A DNA stretch of 64,000 nucleotides, from assembly GCF_964204865.1 (NCBI RefSeq), contig NC_135255.1, positions 13,640,001 to 13,704,000 on the forward strand. The letters are read 5' to 3'. Made by a program: the position numbers and the translations under genes. This DNA is from Styela clava (Eukaryota). Positions 35,960 through 49,901 of this stretch are shown piece by piece. How positions within the stretch are numbered: position 1 is the stretch's first letter; each line of letters opens with the position of its first letter. A model generated the notes under the pieces. The model saw nothing but the letters and a program-made list of their open reading frames with translations, made no database searches and was not told the DNA's origin.

Positions 35960-38900
35960 ATGTCTGCGTTAGGGAAGTTCTCAAAGATTCGAAGACTTAA
36001 TGGTAACGATGATGTGGAGACTTCTCCCGGAATTACCACCGATCCTAATCATACTATTTTTATTGGAGTTTTGACAGGTATATCATGTATTTCGTTACCA
36101 ATGTTACCATGTTTTTGTTTATGTGTTATATAGTGAATTGGACAGTATATTTGGTGTTGTAGGAATATTCCAATTAAGGATTGGAAAATGCAGGTACTTG
36201 TAAAGCTTAATTTCTGAAATCTCTAAATTTCAGTGATATTATAAGTTAAAAATCTTTATTGCAATTTTCTCATAAAGTCTGATTTCATTATCAGAATTGT
36301 ATTTGTACTTTTTCTCTTGTTTTTGATTTTTACTGAATTTATACCAAAAGCATAGTATTGTAAAGTGTAAACTAATATTTAAAATAACAATATATACGGT
36401 AACAATCATATGGTTGGTTACCTTCATGATTTACAAAGATGATCTGATTCGTCAATTAAATTGCCTCAAGCCAAAATACAATTCTGATTTAAATCCGAGA
36501 GAGTGGTTTGCAAGAAGCCAAAACGTTTCTTCAAATTTTTTATTTAAAGATACAAATATGTACAAATTCTATTTAAAACAATGTCACACAACCTTGTCAA
36601 AGAAATTGAATAACAACCAATAAACTCAAATCATAATATCTACCAAGTGATTCAAAGCACAGTTTTATTTTAGGACTATGAGATTTAGATATTTTTAGTT
36701 AAAAGCTTAAATAGGGGATTGGTGTAAAGCAAATGGAATAGGATGGATCCATTGCAAAATCAATAGTGAATAAGACATTCGATAATATCAAATAAATTTG
36801 GTAAGTTACGGAGTGCTGCAATGAATCTAAATTAATTATTGAAGAAATTAAATGCTATGCTTTTGCATTAGGGTTGGTTGGACGGTCCAATAGGTAATAT
36901 AATTTTGGACTGAACATTTATTATTGGTTACCTAATTCGATTCATAAATTACCCTTTCATAAAATGCAATCGTTAGTTTACCAAATTAAACAAATTGACT
37001 CGTTTCAATCAGTCGTTTACGTTTTTTTAGAAGTGCAATATTCCCCCTCATCTCGGTGATAATTTTTCTGCCTAAATAGTTTTGCAATCTAGAATTTTTG
37101 CGATTGAATATTGATCTATGTCTATGATATTCGTGAAATGACCCGAAACTATATTTCCTAATTGAAATAACATGTTCACATTATATTTAAATTGATGATT
37201 ATATATTTCTTAAAAACACTGAATTACTAATGGTAAATTTAATTTCATTATACATGATAAATTATTGGTTTTTCTATTGGTCTGCAGAAGGTATCTCGAA
37301 GAGGTTGCTAGTATCCAAATGTTCAAATGTGGAAAACTTCTCTGCAATTCAATTTCCTACTCTAGATTGATGCAGCAGTTATACAACAAGTTTTGACTAT
37401 GTTAATTAGACCTAAATATGAATAATTTGAATTGGAAGAAAGTTTTTTTAATCATTTAAATCTGTGGTATTCATAGAAATAATGGGCAATTTGTGCATGA
37501 CTGGGTGATTCCATAAATTACTCTCTATGATCATACTTCATAAATTTTCCTGTTTCAGTTAGCGACCGATGTGCGAGAGGAGAGAAAACTGATCTGAGTG
37601 GACCTTACTTACAACAAATATTACAGGAGTATACTGGGTATGTGTTAAAATTATAAACCATTTTTTAATAGAGACCGTAGACAACCAATAGGAATATGAT
37701 GAATACTTTATATAAGAGTTTGCAAAGGAAGGTTGCGAGCCCTCAACTGAAAATGGAATAAATGAGTATTGCTAAAAGATTTGCAAGCAAGCACTAGGGA
37801 TGTCAGTTTCAGAACTTCGAATCGATTGGAATTGATGTTGATTCGGAAGGCTTGATTCTATTTAAAAAAGAATTATATAGATAACACACTGCAATTGCAC
37901 GACACAGCGGCGTTGTCTCGATATCGACCAAGAGCTTTCATTTTCCTTACGTTTACAACTTTCCAAAGTCGTAACACTCCCAGAGTTGCATTATTTTTTT
38001 TATTTTGGTAGCAGGTTTAGAGAGACCAACTGTTTCGCTCAATTTTGTTTGACTACTAAAAATGTTACCAAGTTTCACAATCACAAATATTCTAATATAT
38101 AGTTAAACATTTCTTTAAATTATCTAAATAATATTTTTATAATTAAACAACATTGCTTCATACCTTCTCAAAAACAAGTCTGCGATGCTTCCATCGTTAT
38201 CATTTTTTTTTTTTAAATCACGGCGCAAACGGTACTAACCAGCGTTTATCATATAGAGGTGTCAATAGATACTGTAATTGTTGGCACGGGACATGAAACA
38301 ATTCAAGCTAACTCTGTCATGGAAACTCCTGAAATTTCATGAAGCAGAATATTTGGCTAGAACAATTCGATTTGTTTTTTCTTTGTTTCTTCTAATTAGC
38401 CGTCCTAATACTGTTTTCTATAATTCTAGATTTCGTTCTGCAATAAAAGTTTACAAAATCCTTCCGGATGAGTCGGACGAAATTGTGGTAAGGAATATAT
38501 TTTGATAAATCGTCTTGTTATACCGATAAATATAATGTACCGATTTTATATTTATATACTAAATGGGTATAAATATATTTATTCCAAAACATGCACAAAA
38601 TATTGCTTTTTCACAATATTTCGAATTTAATTGAAAACCCAATTTTAATTTGACTCAAATATGAATGAAATTGGCAAAAGGTTGAAAGACCTTTTTGCAA
38701 TTTTTTTTTCAATATTATCAGCTTTTGACTAAAATGATAGAAAAACACTAAAATATACACGATTCCAGCGTATTTTCATTTTGTTGAAATTATAAAGTTA
38801 TGATGTCCAGTAGCAGTAAGTAGCAGAGAAATGCTACATGTTCTTTTCAATATTGAAGAGCTTCATAGTTCTCTCGCTCAATGCAAATTTGCTTTTGGAA

Positions 38901-41900
38901 AAAATTTAAGTATCAGTGACTTGACAAAGTTGATTCACTGCATGATTAAACACTGTTTCTATTCATTTTCTTTTATTTAGGCAACTCTTGTGGACTGGTC
39001 TGATAATCTCAATTTAGAATTGATAATTACTACTGGAGGAACAGGATTAGGACCAAGAGACATCACCCCAGAAGCAACTGCTGCCGTCATTGAAAGAGAA
39101 ACTCCTGGATTTACGATTGCAATAATAACAGCATCACTTAAAGTAACCACAGATGCAATGGTGACAAGGTACGTTATAGTCATTTTTGGACATGAGGTAT
39201 ATGCATTCTTTACTTACATGTTTTGTGTGGTCCTGCATACCCTAGGAATTGATGGATAGCATAAGATGTTTCCTTCAAATACTGCACCAGGGAAAGGCAC
39301 ATGGACACTTTCATGTTATAGTTGAAAAATACTTGCTCAAAGAAGTCTGGCCATGGTCAGTTTGTGCGCATCAGTACTTGAAACCAATTATAACAAAGTA
39401 TAACTCTTGCCAGTATATTAACAGGCTCAACATATTATCACTTGTATAATGATGACAAATATAGTCCTAACGTTAATTTTCTTCTCCTTGTATGTTATGT
39501 TTTAAATACAAGATGCATTTATTTATATTTTTATTTAGACTGAAGAGTGGAATTAGAGGAAAAACTCTGATCATTAATCTGCCAGGAAGCAAGAAAGCAT
39601 CATCAGTGAGTGTTACAGTTAATCCTCTTAAAACTGTTGAATGTTATTGGCCATAATTATTTTAACACCTTACCAGATTAATTTACTAAATTCTAGACCA
39701 ACAAAGTTTCACAATTTCTGTGATGCCAGAAACCGAACAAGACTCAAAACAGCCTACTGTAATATATTAAATGAACTATTGCTTAAATAGAAATGCGTAC
39801 ATTTTTTAATAGGAATGTTTGAAAGTTGTTCTTCCTGCAATTCCACATGCAATAGAATGTCTGCAAGATGTCAAAGCCAGGATTTGCATTTGTACCTCCG
39901 TTGATGATTACCCGTAAGTACTTTTTATACGAGCAAGATCGCGAGAGCCCAAAACTGGTGAAAAGGTTACTAATATAAGAGATGTAACCTACTAATGCGT
40001 AAGATTTAATTTATATATATTTTTTTAATATGTTAGTAGGTAACAGACATTTTTTTTAAAAGATATTTTTTTCATTCCTTTTCTATAGACAGTAGGTTGA
40101 CTAGATTCCATAATTATTTACTTTGAGGCCTGATGCAGAATCCTAACTGCCAGTATTTTTATTCCTTTTCAGAGACGTTGAGGAAATCAAGAAAAATAGT
40201 AACGATGCACATGTGATCAAACCAACAATAGTTATTCAAACTAACAGTGGAAGTCTGGAACCTCAAGGGCATTCACAATTCCAATCCCAACATCATGTGG
40301 TAAGCAAAGCAAGCATGCAAAACATAGATAACTTATATAAATTTTTTATGCAAACTATCGTAAGCAGCTATCGCAGGATGTCCACTTACAGTTACAGCAG
40401 AGTTCAGGTTAATTAAGGTAAAAGCCTTCACTTTATTAATGCAAGGATGCAAGACTATGATAACCAAATTATTATGTTATTTAAAGATGTGTTAAAATAA
40501 TATTGCGTTTAATAAATTAATGAGTATTCACAGAGATGCAAAAAATCAAAGAAAAAGATGATTAAAATGAGTATCATTTTACATACATATCACTGCTGTT
40601 CTAATCCAGTGGTTCCCAACATGGGCTTCCATTATCTCCAGGAGTCCACAGACAGATTTTGATGGGTTTGTGCGCTTTGAATGTATAGTTTAAAAACGGT
40701 CAATGTCACGTCAACAAGTGCTTGGTACTGTGTCGTGTCTATGCTAGGGGTTTCTGAAATGAACAACTTTAATGATCTTTTGAATTTGAGGTGACTTTTT
40801 GTGCACCGATTTCACAGACCATAAGGCGTACTGTCAATAAATTGCTTAGATTCGATTTTTATTCATACATAAGGCGTGCCGGGCTATAAAATGCAATTGT
40901 TTTTAAAGCAATACTGGTACTAGTTTTGAGTGTATGCAATAAGCATGAAGTAGCCTACCTAATCCATACGTTGAGCACACCAGTTTACACGGCACATGAT
41001 CGATTTTTGAGAAAAATAGGATTCAAATTACGCCTTGGGGTCTGTTAAATACGGTACTTTAATGAAAAACATTGCTTCTAGTGGAGACAACATATATATA
41101 TAACAGTAAGCGATGGTTTCATTTAATAAAGGGGTTCGTAGCTTACAAGCATATCATCAAATAGTCCATCGCACTTTAAATTGAAAATCACTGTTTTATT
41201 CTGTCATAATATCGGTACTCCCGAAGTATGTGAACCAAGATGGCGGTCACCGGAACATAGGATATGTATCAGATTAGGGTTAGGCTATAATTTTATTCCA
41301 ATTTTAGTTCTATTACGAGTTTGGGGACTAGCCAAGTGACTAGTATTTGTACTTGGAATATGGCCTAACCTTAACCTGGTACACATACTATGTTTCGGTT
41401 TCCGCCATCTTGATTCACATACTTCGGGAGTACCATAATATCTACATTATAATTTCCGATGAATTTGTTATTTTAAGATTTAATTGAGATCGGTAATTTT
41501 ATATTATAGCTCATAAAATCCAAGAAGTTCTTCAATTTTTCGTAATCAAGTATATATACATATTTATAAATATACCCACAGGGCATGTGAAACGAGACTG
41601 CAGTATTTTGCCTTTTATATAATGTTTTCCGTTATGTAACATTATTTTCATTGGCCATTGTCAAACGTGAATATAGACAGGTTATATAATATTCACAATG
41701 ATTTTTTTCATTGGAAGTTCAAGGAAAAATTATGTAATAAAACTAAAAATTATTGTTTACAAATTTATTATATCTGTTCGGTCAAATTTTTTCAGTTCAT
41801 ATAAATTTGCTCAAAGCGGGATCGCGAGCTTTCAACTAAAAGACAAAAATTACTGCTAGAAAGAGTTGTAAAGACTGGTAATGGATCAAAAACATGGCGT

Positions 41901-44900
41901 ATGCTTATGAGGCTTGCAAACACAGATAGATGTGTTTTTTGTTGTTGATAATGTACAAATAAATAGATCAATATTATTGAATGTTGGGTTTCTAGAATGT
42001 CAACGGCAAAAAGTAAAGATAGTACTTCCTGCTTCATTTTTAAGACACGTATAATCAATTATCATTTAGAATTTCGAATGTAACGTATTTGTACGGATTC
42101 TAAGTGAACTGTCGATAAATTGCTTAGATTGGGTTTTTATTCATACATAAGGCACAACTGGTAAAGATTTTGAATGTAGGCAGTAAAGCATAAAGCACTA
42201 CCTGATTCATTCAGTGGGCGCATGATCGATTTTGGCGCACGATCAAAGCGGTAAAATACAGTATCTGAATTGATAAATCCATGACCGCGCACTGTCTTCC
42301 TCTAACCTAACCCAATGACCAGATTCGTCTACAGTACCATATAGCTGATGTATTTTTGAGGATTTTGAATATCATGTTTTTATGTTTGTTGATTTTAAAT
42401 CTATGATTTTTCTTAGAGTCTCCCTGAAAGAACGTTGATCAACTTTTCTGAAGAAGATTTGGCTGATGCTGACGTGGACTTGGAGAGTCTTCTGTCAAAT
42501 GTATTTTTATAAATTAATAATTTTTGCAAAAAATAAGATCATTGTTAAGTTAAATATGAGGATATCACTCTTATAGATATACTCAATATAAAGATCACTC
42601 ATCTTATACTCTACTATGAGATGATGTCATGTGAGACTCACTACTTATTCTTGCTGACTTATAATCAAGATGAGAAACTATGAATATTTTTTAAGAGTAT
42701 TTTAATCCTTTATATGCACAAGCGGAAGTTGATGCTTAGATAGTAAACTACTATCTTTTTAGTAATTTAGTTATATTTCAGATTCTCTCATCTGCTTTTC
42801 TATGCCCTAAATAAATATGAAATTATATTTTGTTAAATATAGTTTATCTTTATTTCAAACCTTGCTACTTTTTTCGCAGAATGCTACAAACTCTTCAACT
42901 GAAATCATATCGAAAAAAGAAGGTACAATTTTTAATTGATATTTGGTTGTTCTAATATTTTTTGTTTTACGTAACAATACCCTGAGATTTTATTAATTTT
43001 AATATGAATCGGGCTTTACAGAATCATATTTGACCGCTAATATATGGTTATATATAATAATATGGTTGTCTGTATTTTAATGGTTTGTTATTTTAAACTT
43101 GGATCCCAACTATTTTTAACGATAATACATGTAAAATCCGTGTTCTCTCATGACTTCAACCTAATTTAGATTACCCAGTAAGAATTGAGTGATTGTGATG
43201 ACTGATGATGCACTAAAACCAGTGGTGGTATTCAGGGGCTTTAGCGCCCTAGTTCTTTTTTAGGTGTTAGACTACAGCAACATTTGATTTGCACTGTATC
43301 TGTTGACGAGTGTTATATTTTGCGTTTCGAAACTTATAATTTGACTTTTATTTAAGGCATGTCATGTCAATGTAGCTCATGTAGTGGCTTTTGAATCTCG
43401 CCACTGACTCTATCTGACTGATAATGAGACCTTTACTAACAAAATGTTGATTAAAAAACTGTCTCGGTTTACAGAGTTACCCGCAACTTTTTTCAGCCTA
43501 TTATCCAAGAAAATTTATGTCTCTCTTTGTTTCTAGAGCAGGAATTCCCACCCTTAAGTGTACAAGGAGCTCTTGACACTGTTTTAAATACAACAGCAAC
43601 ACTCAAATCTGAAGAAGTAAGTTTGGCAGGGGCTTTTGGGAGGATTTTAGCTGAAGATGTGAGTGTTATACAACAAAACCAAACCCAAACTGCCGGGAGT
43701 AGTGGTTATGCACTTGCAGGTAAGTTATTCATATTTGTGATTAATTCTGTCTGCCAGAGAAAATGACCATCACTAATTACCAACCAGTATATCAGTAACA
43801 ATGATGTAATTTGATACTGCAAAATTTACTTAGCTTGCGTTAGAGCAGGGTGCCTCAAATGGGGCTCTCAGCGCCCTAGGGGCCAGCCATAAGCAAAGGC
43901 CTTCACTAGCATGGTTACATACCCAATCTTACGTATTAATTGGTAATCGGCGGTTAAACTTTAAATTGTTGTTTTCATTATAAGGTCATAGACTTCCCAG
44001 TTGAAATTCTCTGACACGCCAGTTTGTTGGCTTTTTATTATAAAATGTGGCAATTGAAGTATCTGATGAAATATCATTCAAAGCAAAACTACCATATATT
44101 ACGGCCAATAGGGCGCACTTTTTCCAATCTTATTTTTCTCTCAAAAACCGATCGTGCGTCTTTTGAGCCGGTGCACCTATTGTATGGACCAGGTAGTGCT
44201 TTATTCAGTTTATTGCATACACTCAAAATTAGTACTGGACACTGGTCTATTGTTTTATATACAAACTGCCGTCTTTAACTTCCTAAAAATCGATGTGGGC
44301 TCAATGGGCCTTGTATGAATCTCAAAAGTATGAATGTATGAATCTCAAAAGCTCAATCTAAGCAGCTTATTGACAGTGTGCCATATGATTCGTAAAATAC
44401 ATTATTTTTCTGAAAAGCATCCAGGCAACCCTCCCCCTCCCCCCTCATGGGGTCCAGATCTTGAGAGTCTTTGGAGGAAAGTTTGAGAACCACTGCACTA
44501 AGGCATAGTGACGGAGTGTATCCAAATTTAACATTATTTCTTATGTATATTGCACACATTATCAAAGAGTATAGAAAATTAAAACTACCATACCATTTTG
44601 TAATAAGACATAAAGTGGTATATTCGACTGTCAATAAAGCTCGCATTTCCAATGTTGTCCAGAATATCCTGAATACATAATTAATACAAATATCTATTTT
44701 TCTAGGTTCAGTATTGGCTGGAGAGATTCGAAACATCAATACAAAGGGAGTTTCGATTAATTATGACCAAGCGAGGCAAGTATCAGCTGGATCTCGTCTT
44801 CCGAGAGGAACAAACACAGTTGTGTCAGTTCGTGATACCAGACTATTGGTTGGAGTAAGTTTAAATAATTTTTCTAATGACATCAATGGTATTGGTACTA

Positions 44901-47900
44901 TAATGAGGATAGGTTACATATGCAGGCTATGGAAAGATGGATCTACTAGCATCACAGAATTCAAATTTTTTTGTACAACAAATTCTTATATTAAATAATT
45001 GGGATAATTAATATTATAGAATGACTTTGTTTTAGATACTGATAGATTACTGATATGATTGGAACTTTGCACCCCAAGTAAAATTATACATAAATAAAAA
45101 ACAATAAGATAGGGAAAATTGGAATAAAATTATGGCCTAACCCTAACCTGGTACACATACTACGTTCCGGTGTCCGCCATCTTGATTCACATACTTCGGG
45201 AGTACCAGCTACAATATTTACATTAATAAGAAAGAATTATTAAGCGACAGAAAGTTAATCAGGCAGTATAATCATGATGTACCAACAGTTGAGCATTCAA
45301 AATCAAACATGGCAGAAGCGCCAATATTCCATTTATCTTCTTGTTTTTGCAGAATAAGATTCAAGTTATTCAAAATGTGAGATCAGGTCAAGGAGTGCAG
45401 AATTCTCAGCTAAGTAACAGCCTTCGACCTTTGGTAAAGAAAGGAACCAAACTAGGACCGGCGAAAATTGGACAACTCACCACAAAAGGCATAACATCCG
45501 TCAGAACCTACAAAAATCCTGTGGTTGCTGTACTATCAGTTGGAAGACAGGTACCATAGTAATTCTATCTCCAATCTCATTTCTATATTTTTTGTTTATA
45601 GTTGTCTGACAACTCCCTTTAGTTGGGAATATCAAGTGTATTTGCAGTGCAGAACATTAATCACTCATTGGTACCATTACATATATTCAAACAGTGCACG
45701 AGGACACACATTTCCAACTTGGTTTCCGAAGTATATTTCCTTACACTCCTAAGCTTCTTGAACAAAAAGCTCTAAATTTAGACAAAAAACTCAACTCTTA
45801 ATGACAAGCAAATACATTTTTATTTTTGAAAAGTTAGTCTAATTTTTTCCCTAAATTCACATTCCTTTTTTAAATACTCATGTAAAAGGATATTGAAGCT
45901 ACAAATCACATAACAATACAATCGTCTCTTCGTCAACATTCGGTTGTTCCATTGGACATTGGCATCATATCAGAAGAAAAAGAAATTTTATTTGCATCTA
46001 TCAGCCAAGCTATAGCAAAAGGTAAGATGACCAGATAAGTTTCTATACCAGTTGTTTGCAAAAAACGTGTTCAAAAACAGGGTGTTCATAATGTCCAATT
46101 TTATTATTTTGTTACAAAGTCAGTTAGCAATATATTTTCTGTTTGTTTCATTTTATTCAGTGTCAATTCAAGTTTTTTTTTTCTTTATACACCTTTATTA
46201 TATCATATGCCCACCATTAAATGGATTAGACGAATCTGAAACGAACATTACAACAAATTACTGGTTAACTAACCATTCCTAAACCTGACATGAGCTGGTA
46301 ACAAGGCGAGAGGCGTATTTCATCATATGGTTTGGCTATCTTATTAGCTTTACTCTCCCCTGTGATAAATTTCCTAGAGCATTCGTAGCAAATGCTAATT
46401 CTATCTCACCGAAGAAATGTTGCGTCGCTTTATTTATTCTGCAGATATTATAATGGACTTCTTCGGAACTTACTCCTCTAAAAAAATATTTATTCCCGAA
46501 GTTTTTATTCCACGAACCTCAGTTGAATGGGTAACTCATCACCGCATACCTGTTTTCCTGATCGTATTAACAAACAACTGCTTCAAATCTAGCGACATTC
46601 GGTACTTACTAACTCGCAATACCCCACTATAAGTCTCAGTAGGTATTGGCACTTTAGTGGTCACCTGCTGCTTCCGCATTCTTTGAGAAAATTTGCTTAT
46701 AGAAAAATGTACAAACCATTATAAACATCTGGCATTACATGTATTTTCATGTGTGGCATAGCTGAGCAATGGTGGGGTTGTCTGCTATTTGGTTATTTTG
46801 ATACAAAACCTTTTACATCCAGCTGATGTTATTGTTATTGGAAGCAAATCAGAGGCCAGCAGAGATGTTATTAGATCACTGATTAGGAATAAATTTGAAG
46901 CCATTGTTCATTTCGGGACTGTTTCGATGCTTCCGTGGTAAGTATAAAAGTTGTTGCTAGAGTTCGTTCTCGGTAGGAAATTTGTTTTTAAATCAGTGGT
47001 ACACTCCGCAGACCTTCCTGCAAGACCGCCAGTCTGCAAAATTAGTTCTGCAATTTCCCAGTCCACAAAAAAAGTTGAGAACTACTGTTTTAAATGCTTA
47101 TCCTGTACACAAGGTCTTGGTTTTTCTAAAAGTTTGAATTTCTAGGGTACCGAGCTATTATGCTACAACGAGATATGAAACTGACAGAAAATTATTCTTT
47201 GTCCTACCAGGTGAGTGATGCATAATAATTTCTCATGTCGACTTGGCTTGCTCACCATCACTCAGGGTGTGATAGATTTGAGTAGGCGATGCCGAACTGG
47301 AAAGATTACGGTTCATCCAAACTTTATTAGATCCTTACCTAGTTGATTGTGCAAAATGGAAGATGTATGAGCACATCGCAGTAATTGTAACTTTGTGGTG
47401 TTCATATTTCCAGCGTATTGACCATTATGACATTTCCATTATTTTCTCAAGCGGGTCTCATCAAACTGGGGGTTCAAAAAGGCTCAATGGGGTCATTGGT
47501 TACCCATAATTGTCAGAACTAGCTATACTCGCTCTTCTTCTTTTATCCTTCTAATAGTTTTCGACACTAACTTAAACATCGATCAAACCGGAATCAAGCC
47601 AAGGATCGATCTTTTGTGTGACAATATTCACCTCGGTCTCATTAAAGTTCCTGAGGGCCGCAAAAAAAAAAAATTGTCTTTTTAGAATACAATTATGAAG
47701 CTTGTGTATAAGGGGTGCATCTTGCAAAAGTACAGTGGTATACTATACCTTAAACGACATGCTATTTACAAGGAAAAATCATTATGTACGAATTGAACTA
47801 ATCATAATTATCTTGTTTATTAAGAGTGTCCTTTGGCAAGTATTCTGTGCACATTGTATATTGTTCCTGCTTTGAGAAAATTGGGAGGTCTTGAAAATAC

Positions 47901-48926
47901 AAAGAATACTGTAATCAAAGCTAAGGTATTGATCTTTGTTTATGTCTCACAGTATGGAAAAATTATAGAAAAGAAAATGACCTAAGAAAACTGTAATTTC
48001 TTCTCGACATCAATCAAGAATATAGCATATCACTAACTAATCTGTTGAGGTTTATTTTCCTAAGGTCGTTCACACTTCTTAAAAGAGTTATTACTGGACA
48101 TTTCATGGTTTCGCGTAAATTGGTTGTTAGTTAGGTCCAGGGTTATACGGATTGTCTTGTTCCTAAATTTGTGACCTTGATATTGAGTCTGGGACTCGAG
48201 CGACATACAGGGATGTACAAAATGAATTTTATGTATTGGGAATGTTTTCATTTTAAGGCATTTAATATCTGATTGTCAGACAAAAAATAAACCAATTTTA
48301 CACCTCCAGCTCAAACATAGAAAAAATTCGTTATATTCGAATGAATAAAGATGTGTGAAATTCATTATACAATTCTTACCATACGTGTGTTTTAGTTTAG
48401 TTTGTCTTTTTATATTTACCTGTATTTCGAGGACCCTTAATTTGGATATACTTCATCTGGGTCCAGTTACTGTGAGACTCAGACCACCAAGTCAAGTCGT
48501 GAGATCTTCTTCGCTTGACTGTGTTGGGTCTCGAACGTATTTTCCTGTGGTCTCTGTTTTAACTGTGAAGCTGCCTCATAATAAACCACAAATCCGGAAT
48601 CTTCTGATTCTTTCAACACACAGAATAAAATCCATTTTCTGTGACACATGCTAATAAATTCAGTTAGGTTATAAGTAATCATGTTTCCTTCATTTATTTA
48701 GTTGTCAAATGACCAACCGCTCAAACAAGATCCAGAATATTTGCAATGTCAAGTTAGCTGGCGACCACAAGAAACCGTTCCATTTGTGGAAAACATTGGG
48801 ATCAACTTGGGTGAACAAGAAGCTTACGATGCCAGTGCAATTCTTGTGCTTCCAGCCAAAAGTAATCAGTTGTCTTTACTGAGAAAGGGAGATACCGTTG
48901 ACATTATTTTAATAAGAAGTGTTTGA
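35960..48926 (+). CDS. GPHN: Gephyrin-like protein (MogA/G domain - linker - divergent MoeA/E domain); exons approx. 35960-36077, 37559-37637, 38430-38487, 38981-39168, 39539-39605, 39812-39912, 40173-40299, 42417-42500, 42880-42922, 43537-43719, 44706-44854, 45353-45550, 45889-46021, 46823-46937, 47146-47211, 47825-47925, 48702-48926
   Basis: G domain: IGVLTVSDRC, DLSGP, LPDE, TTGGTGLGPRDITPEAT, GIRGKTLIINLPGSKKA, PAIPHA. E-domain framework: FPPLSV, GRILAEDV, GYA, KGTKLGP, PVVAVLS, HFGTV, VPALRKL, PEY, LRKGDTVDI. All junctions are GT-AG and in phase, with no premature stop found. Confidence 0.9.
41214..41434. mobile_element. MITE family A, full copy
   Basis: TIRs GGTACTCCCGAAGTATGTGAACCAAGATGGCGG / CCGCCATCTTGATTCACATACTTCGGGAGTACC. 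TSD ATAATATC at 41206-41213 and 41435-41442. Confidence 0.9.
45060..45206. mobile_element. MITE family A, partial copy (right arm)
   Basis: GGCCTAACCCTAACCTGGTACACATACTACGTTCCGGTGTCCGCCATCTTGATTCACATACTTCGGGAGTACC matches the copies at 7440 and 41214. Confidence 0.8.
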
Positions 48927-49901
48927 TTTATGACTGAAATTATGTATATATGGTGCTGTTAATATGCTTTTCCAACTTTTCTAGCTCATCTGCAACTAAA
49001 TACCCTAGTAATTATTGACTTGGCTAGATATAACACTTGTAATGGTGCACTTGGTTTTCTACGAGTTTATCATTCATGTCCCTTTTGTCTCACTTTCACT
49101 GTAATTTGCATATATTTATTGTGTGTTACCATACAACAATATCGTTTTTTGATAGTTTATATAAGTGGGTGGGTGACCCATGCATATGCAGTTTACTGGA
49201 ATGGGACAAACTAAAGCCATCTGTGAATGGTTTATTAGCCCGCTACAAATTTGTAAAATATCAATTTTCAAACTATGATAAGTTCTTTTTGATATTGCTT
49301 GTCGTGATGAAGAATCCTCCTTGCTTGCTAAATTCAGACTGAATCAGTTCTGGGAAAAATCTACAATCAAGTCTAAACTCCGGGTTAAAAAATTTGATGT
49401 ATGCAAGCGATTACTCACGGAATTGTACAAATCATATGAAGTGCTCTTATGAATCCACTGGTCTACAGCAACCATTTCTCATGCGAAATAAAACTTGTAC
49501 AAATGAATTATATTTTGTGTAATGCTGTGAAAATGTGTGGCATTGCAGATGCATGGGGCAGACTGAAAGGGTTTGTAAGCTTTAAGAAAACAGTGGCGAT
49601 CGCTAGTTCACATAATTAAACTAAAATCTGTTTTCTCACATGTTTGAAGTTGTAGCTCTCTGTGTATTTTATTAGTCACGAGGATGAAAATGTCTCAAAA
49701 ACATACAACAGTGCTGCCGAACAAGGACGTTCGTTTATTTAAAAATGTTAAAATGGCAATGATAAAAATATTTTAAAAACAATGAACAGAAATTTATAAA
49801 AACTTTTGAATAAAAGGAGTGAACATTATTGAACTCTCTCAAAAACGCACAAGAACTAAGCAAAATTTTTGTCGTTATAAACTTCTATGCTTCCATCAAT
49901 C

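Noticed and set aside
35960-48926. Calling the gephyrin a pseudogene
   Set aside because: Seventeen exons splice in frame with canonical sites and no stops, and the changes are concentrated in E-domain catalytic motifs.
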